Assembly (NCBI GenBank): GCA_035548355.1
Contig: DASZTD010000005.1
Span: forward strand, 2,241-66,240
Length of the DNA: 64,000 nt
Direction of reading: 5' to 3'
Origin: Pseudorhodoplanes sp.
GTDB lineage: Bacteria > Pseudomonadota > Alphaproteobacteria > Rhizobiales > Xanthobacteraceae
In this document: positions 60,055 to 64,000 of the stretch, in pieces
How the letters are laid out: the number at the start of each line of letters is the position of its first letter
Position numbering within the stretch: position 1 is the stretch's first letter
Notes under the pieces: model-generated
Databases searched by the model: none
Seen by the model: the letters and a program-made list of their open reading frames with translations, nothing else
What the model was told of the DNA's origin: nothing
Made by a program: the position numbers and the translations under genes

Positions 60055-61065
60055 TCATTGAAGGATGTCGGTGTAGAGCTCGGACGAATCCGGCTCCGGA
60101 TCGTTGGTGGCGAATTCTGCCGCCTCGTTGACGATATTGCGAACCTGCGAGTCGATCTTCTTCAGCTCGTCCTCGCTCGCCCACTTTTTCTGCAGGATCC
60201 GACTCCGCACCTGCTCGATCGGGTCGTGCTCGTTGCGAACCTTCTCGACCTCTTCGCGCGTACGGTATTTCGCGGGGTCGGACATCGAATGTCCGCGATA
60301 GCGGTAGGTCATCATTTCAAGAATATAGGGACCGTTGCCCTCGCGGCACCAGGTGATTGCCTTGCGGCCGGCCGCATACACCGCGCGGACGTCCATGCCG
60401 TCCACCTGTTCGCCGGGGATGTTGAACGACACGCCGCGCTTGGAAAAATCCGTCTGCGCCGACGAGCGGTTCACCGAAGTGCCCATCGCGTAACGATTGT
60501 TCTCGATGACATACACAACGGGCAGCTTCCACAGCTCCGCCATGTTGAAGCTCTCGTAAACCTGTCCCTGGTTGGCCGCGCCGTCGCCGAAATAGGTCAG
60601 CGTGACCAGATCGTTGCCGCGATACTTGTTGGTGAAGGCAAGGCCGGTGCCGAGCGACACTTGTGCCCCGACGATGCCGTGGCCGCCGTAGAAATTCTTC
60701 TCGACGGAGAACATGTGCATCGAGCCGCCCTTGCCCTTGGAATATCCGCCGCGGCGTCCGGTCAGTTCCGCCATCACCCCTTTCGGATCCATGCCGCAGG
60801 CCAGCATGTGGCCGTGATCGCGATAGCCGGTGATGACCTGGTCGCCCGGCTTCAGCGCCATCTGCATGCCGACGACGACTGCTTCTTGTCCGATATAGAG
60901 ATGGCAGAACCCGCCGATCAGCCCCATGCCGTACATCTGCCCGGCCTTTTCCTCGAACCGGCGGATATGCAGCATGTCCCGATACGCGGCGAGCTCCTGC
61001 TCCTTCGTGAATTCGGCAATTCCTGCCTTGTCGGACGCTGCTTGCGTCTTCTTGGCCAGAGCCAT
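60055..61065 (-). CDS. pdhA: Pyruvate dehydrogenase E1 alpha subunit
   Basis: GFCHLYIGQE, GDGAANQGQ, YRGHSMSDP. Confidence 0.97.
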   Translation of the reverse strand: MALAKKTQAASDKAGIAEFTKEQELAAYRDMLHIRRFEEKAGQMYGMGLIGGFCHLYIGQEAVVVGMQMALKPGDQVITGYRDHGHMLACGMDPKGVMAELTGRRGGYSKGKGGSMHMFSVEKNFYGGHGIVGAQVSLGTGLAFTNKYRGNDLVTLTYFGDGAANQGQVYESFNMAELWKLPVVYVIENNRYAMGTSVNRSSAQTDFSKRGVSFNIPGEQVDGMDVRAVYAAGRKAITWCREGNGPYILEMMTYRYRGHSMSDPAKYRTREEVEKVRNEHDPIEQVRSRILQKKWASEDELKKIDSQVRNIVNEAAEFATNDPEPDSSELYTDILQ

Positions 61066-61218
61066 TCGTTTCCTCGGGGCTTTAGGGTGGGCCTTTGGCC
61101 TATCCCATAGCGGAATTCTGCCCGGCGCGAAAGCTCAAGGCGCGCCGCGGGTTAAGATGGGGCTCTTGTGGAAATCTCTGAAATCGCAACCGAATCGCCG
61201 CCGCCGGGAGGCCGGCGG

Positions 61219-61536
61219 TCAGCGCGCCTTGCGCATCAGGATGACGTCCCGCGGATCGGCATAATCGAGCAAGGCCCGCGCCCGCTCGTCGAGCATGTCG
61301 GGATCGATGCTGTCGGAGCGCAAGAGTGCCACGCGGCGCTGCCACTGGGCGCGCTCGGCCTTCAGCCGCGCGATTTCGGCGGTCAGTTCCTCGGCCTGCT
61401 GCTCGATCGCCTCGCGCGCCTTGAGGCCGCGATTGCCGGTGAAGGCGTTCACGCCGAAATAGCCGATCATCAATGCGGCTAGCGCATAGAGGGCCAGCGC
61501 CGTCAGGACCGATTTCAGCCGCTTGCGCGATACCAT
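61219..61536 (-). CDS. ftsB: Septum formation initiator (FtsB/DivIC)
   Basis: One TM, GNRG, coiled coil, DPDMLDERAR; eno-ftsB-pdhA order. Confidence 0.88.
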   Translation of the reverse strand: MVSRKRLKSVLTALALYALAALMIGYFGVNAFTGNRGLKAREAIEQQAEELTAEIARLKAERAQWQRRVALLRSDSIDPDMLDERARALLDYADPRDVILMRKAR

Positions 61537-61559
61537 GAGGCGACGATGCCGCCCCGGGC

Positions 61560-61575
61560 GTTAAGACGAGCCTAA
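61560..61575 (-). promoter_or_regulatory. Putative CtrA box upstream of ftsB
   Basis: Minus strand TTAG-gctcgtc-TTAAC, about 24 nt upstream of ftsB ATG. Confidence 0.5.
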
Positions 61576-62375
61576 CGGCGGTTGCGGAACTCGTTCAGCA
61601 GGAAATTGCCCAGACGCTTGCCGCGGTTGCGCAAGATGCGCAGCGCCCCGTGATCGACGAAATAGGTCAGCAGGATCGAATCGCGCGTCCGGACCTCCGG
61701 TCCGACCGGATCGGCCGAGTGCCAGGTGTCATCGCCGACGGCGAAGGCATAACCGCTGTTGGGAACGAACGGCATCTGCACGACCTTCGGCATCGAACGA
61801 TCGGCCTTCTTCTCGTGAAAAATCGTGCCGATGTTCGAGTTGGATTTGTCGCGAGGCAGATAGAACTGGATCGTCATGCCTTTCCAGTGCGTGTCGGTAT
61901 GCGGCGGAATTCGGTAGCCGGGTATGTCGCGCGTCAGGATCGGAATGGGATACATGCCGATGTCGGCGTGCGCGGCGCCGAAGCGCTTCCGCAGGCCCGG
62001 CGAGAGGCGGCGCATGAACGCCTTCTTCACCGGTTCGGACGTGAGCGCGCGGCCGACCACGTCCCACAGCGAACGCTTCTCCGCCGGAAGGTGGCGGATG
62101 TATTCGGGAAAGAGATCGATCTTCACTCGGGTACGCGTGCCATCGCTGAGATCGTGGCCTTTGCTGCGGCCATGCATCGGCCGGTAGTCGGACGATTCCG
62201 GCATCAGCTCGACCATGCGCGCATACATGTCGTCGGGGAATACGTGGTCGAACTCCAGATGAAAGAAAGGATTCGCGCTCTCGCGCGCCTTCTCGATCGA
62301 CGACACGATGTGTTGCGTCAGGCTCTCAACGGCGTCGCGGCGCTCGCGCGATGTCCAGGCGATTTGCTGATCCAT
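61572..62375 (-). CDS. 2-oxoglutarate/Fe(II)-dependent oxygenase
   Basis: PHTD (HxD), WHS, distal R in TRDS; NPFFHL/FPDDMY N-terminal pattern. Confidence 0.8.
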   Translation of the reverse strand: MDQQIAWTSRERRDAVESLTQHIVSSIEKARESANPFFHLEFDHVFPDDMYARMVELMPESSDYRPMHGRSKGHDLSDGTRTRVKIDLFPEYIRHLPAEKRSLWDVVGRALTSEPVKKAFMRRLSPGLRKRFGAAHADIGMYPIPILTRDIPGYRIPPHTDTHWKGMTIQFYLPRDKSNSNIGTIFHEKKADRSMPKVVQMPFVPNSGYAFAVGDDTWHSADPVGPEVRTRDSILLTYFVDHGALRILRNRGKRLGNFLLNEFRNRR

Positions 62376-62466
62376 GGTACACTCGTCGGTCGATAGGAAA
62401 CTCGTAATGTCTTGCCAAATCGCCGCCGATGCAAGCAGGCATTGACGGCGGGGAACCGGAACCGCT

Positions 62467-63804
<1,338 letters not shown>

Positions 63805-63839
63805 TCATGCCCCGCCGCGCCGGGGCATGGATGTGCCCG

Positions 63840-64000
63840 ATGGCCAAGGAAAAACTTCAGCTCGGGCGGCCGGCGCCCATTCCTGCCTCGCCCGACAGGG
63901 CGGTGCTCGACCGCGTCGCCAATCCGCACCCGGACACGAACTATCTCGCCCGCTTCACCATGCCGGAATTCACCGCGCTTTGTCCGATTACCGGCCAGCC
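63840..64000 (+). CDS. queF: PreQ0 reductase QueF, N-terminal fragment (runs off window end)
   Basis: Manual translation MAKEKLQLG...[20 protein letters not shown]; EFTxLCPxTGQP QueF motif. Confidence 0.92.
   Translation, partial: MAKEKLQLGRPAPIPASPDRAVLDRVANPHPDTNYLARFTMPEFTALCPITGQ

Overview
GC-rich alphaproteobacterial chromosome segment with Hyphomicrobiales/Rhizobiales-type gene order. It is mostly core genes: end of glmS, recG-sdhE-mfd, rimO, tRNA-Ser, rlpA-dacA-tmk-holB-metG-tatD-MBL hydrolase, mazG, hflX-hfq-dat-ntrXY-ntrCB-dusB, ispDF-cinA, lipA, the pdh genes, ftsB, eno and the start of queF. A probable XerCD dif site at 37953-37980, with KOPS-like octamers and gene orientation converging on it, suggests the window spans the replication terminus. 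No integrase, transposase, prophage, CRISPR array or rRNA was seen. The best candidate for an undescribed system is a minus-strand cluster (7.6-13.0 kb). It encodes an orphan peptide-type solute-binding protein, an adenylate-forming-fold protein with degenerate ATP motifs, and a PopA/PleD-like REC-REC-GGDEF protein with a dead active site but intact RxxD I-site, preceded by CtrA-like boxes. Other leads: two small secreted proteins sharing a C-terminal Cys-hairpin motif and EcfG-type promoters, a MetG with a ~90-aa polycationic N-terminal tail, a Chloroflexus-type malyl-CoA lyase module, a DUF2336-PilZ pair in a tRNA-Ser islet, and unknown genes inserted in the pdh operon. All family assignments come from motif recognition by eye; no database searches were run.
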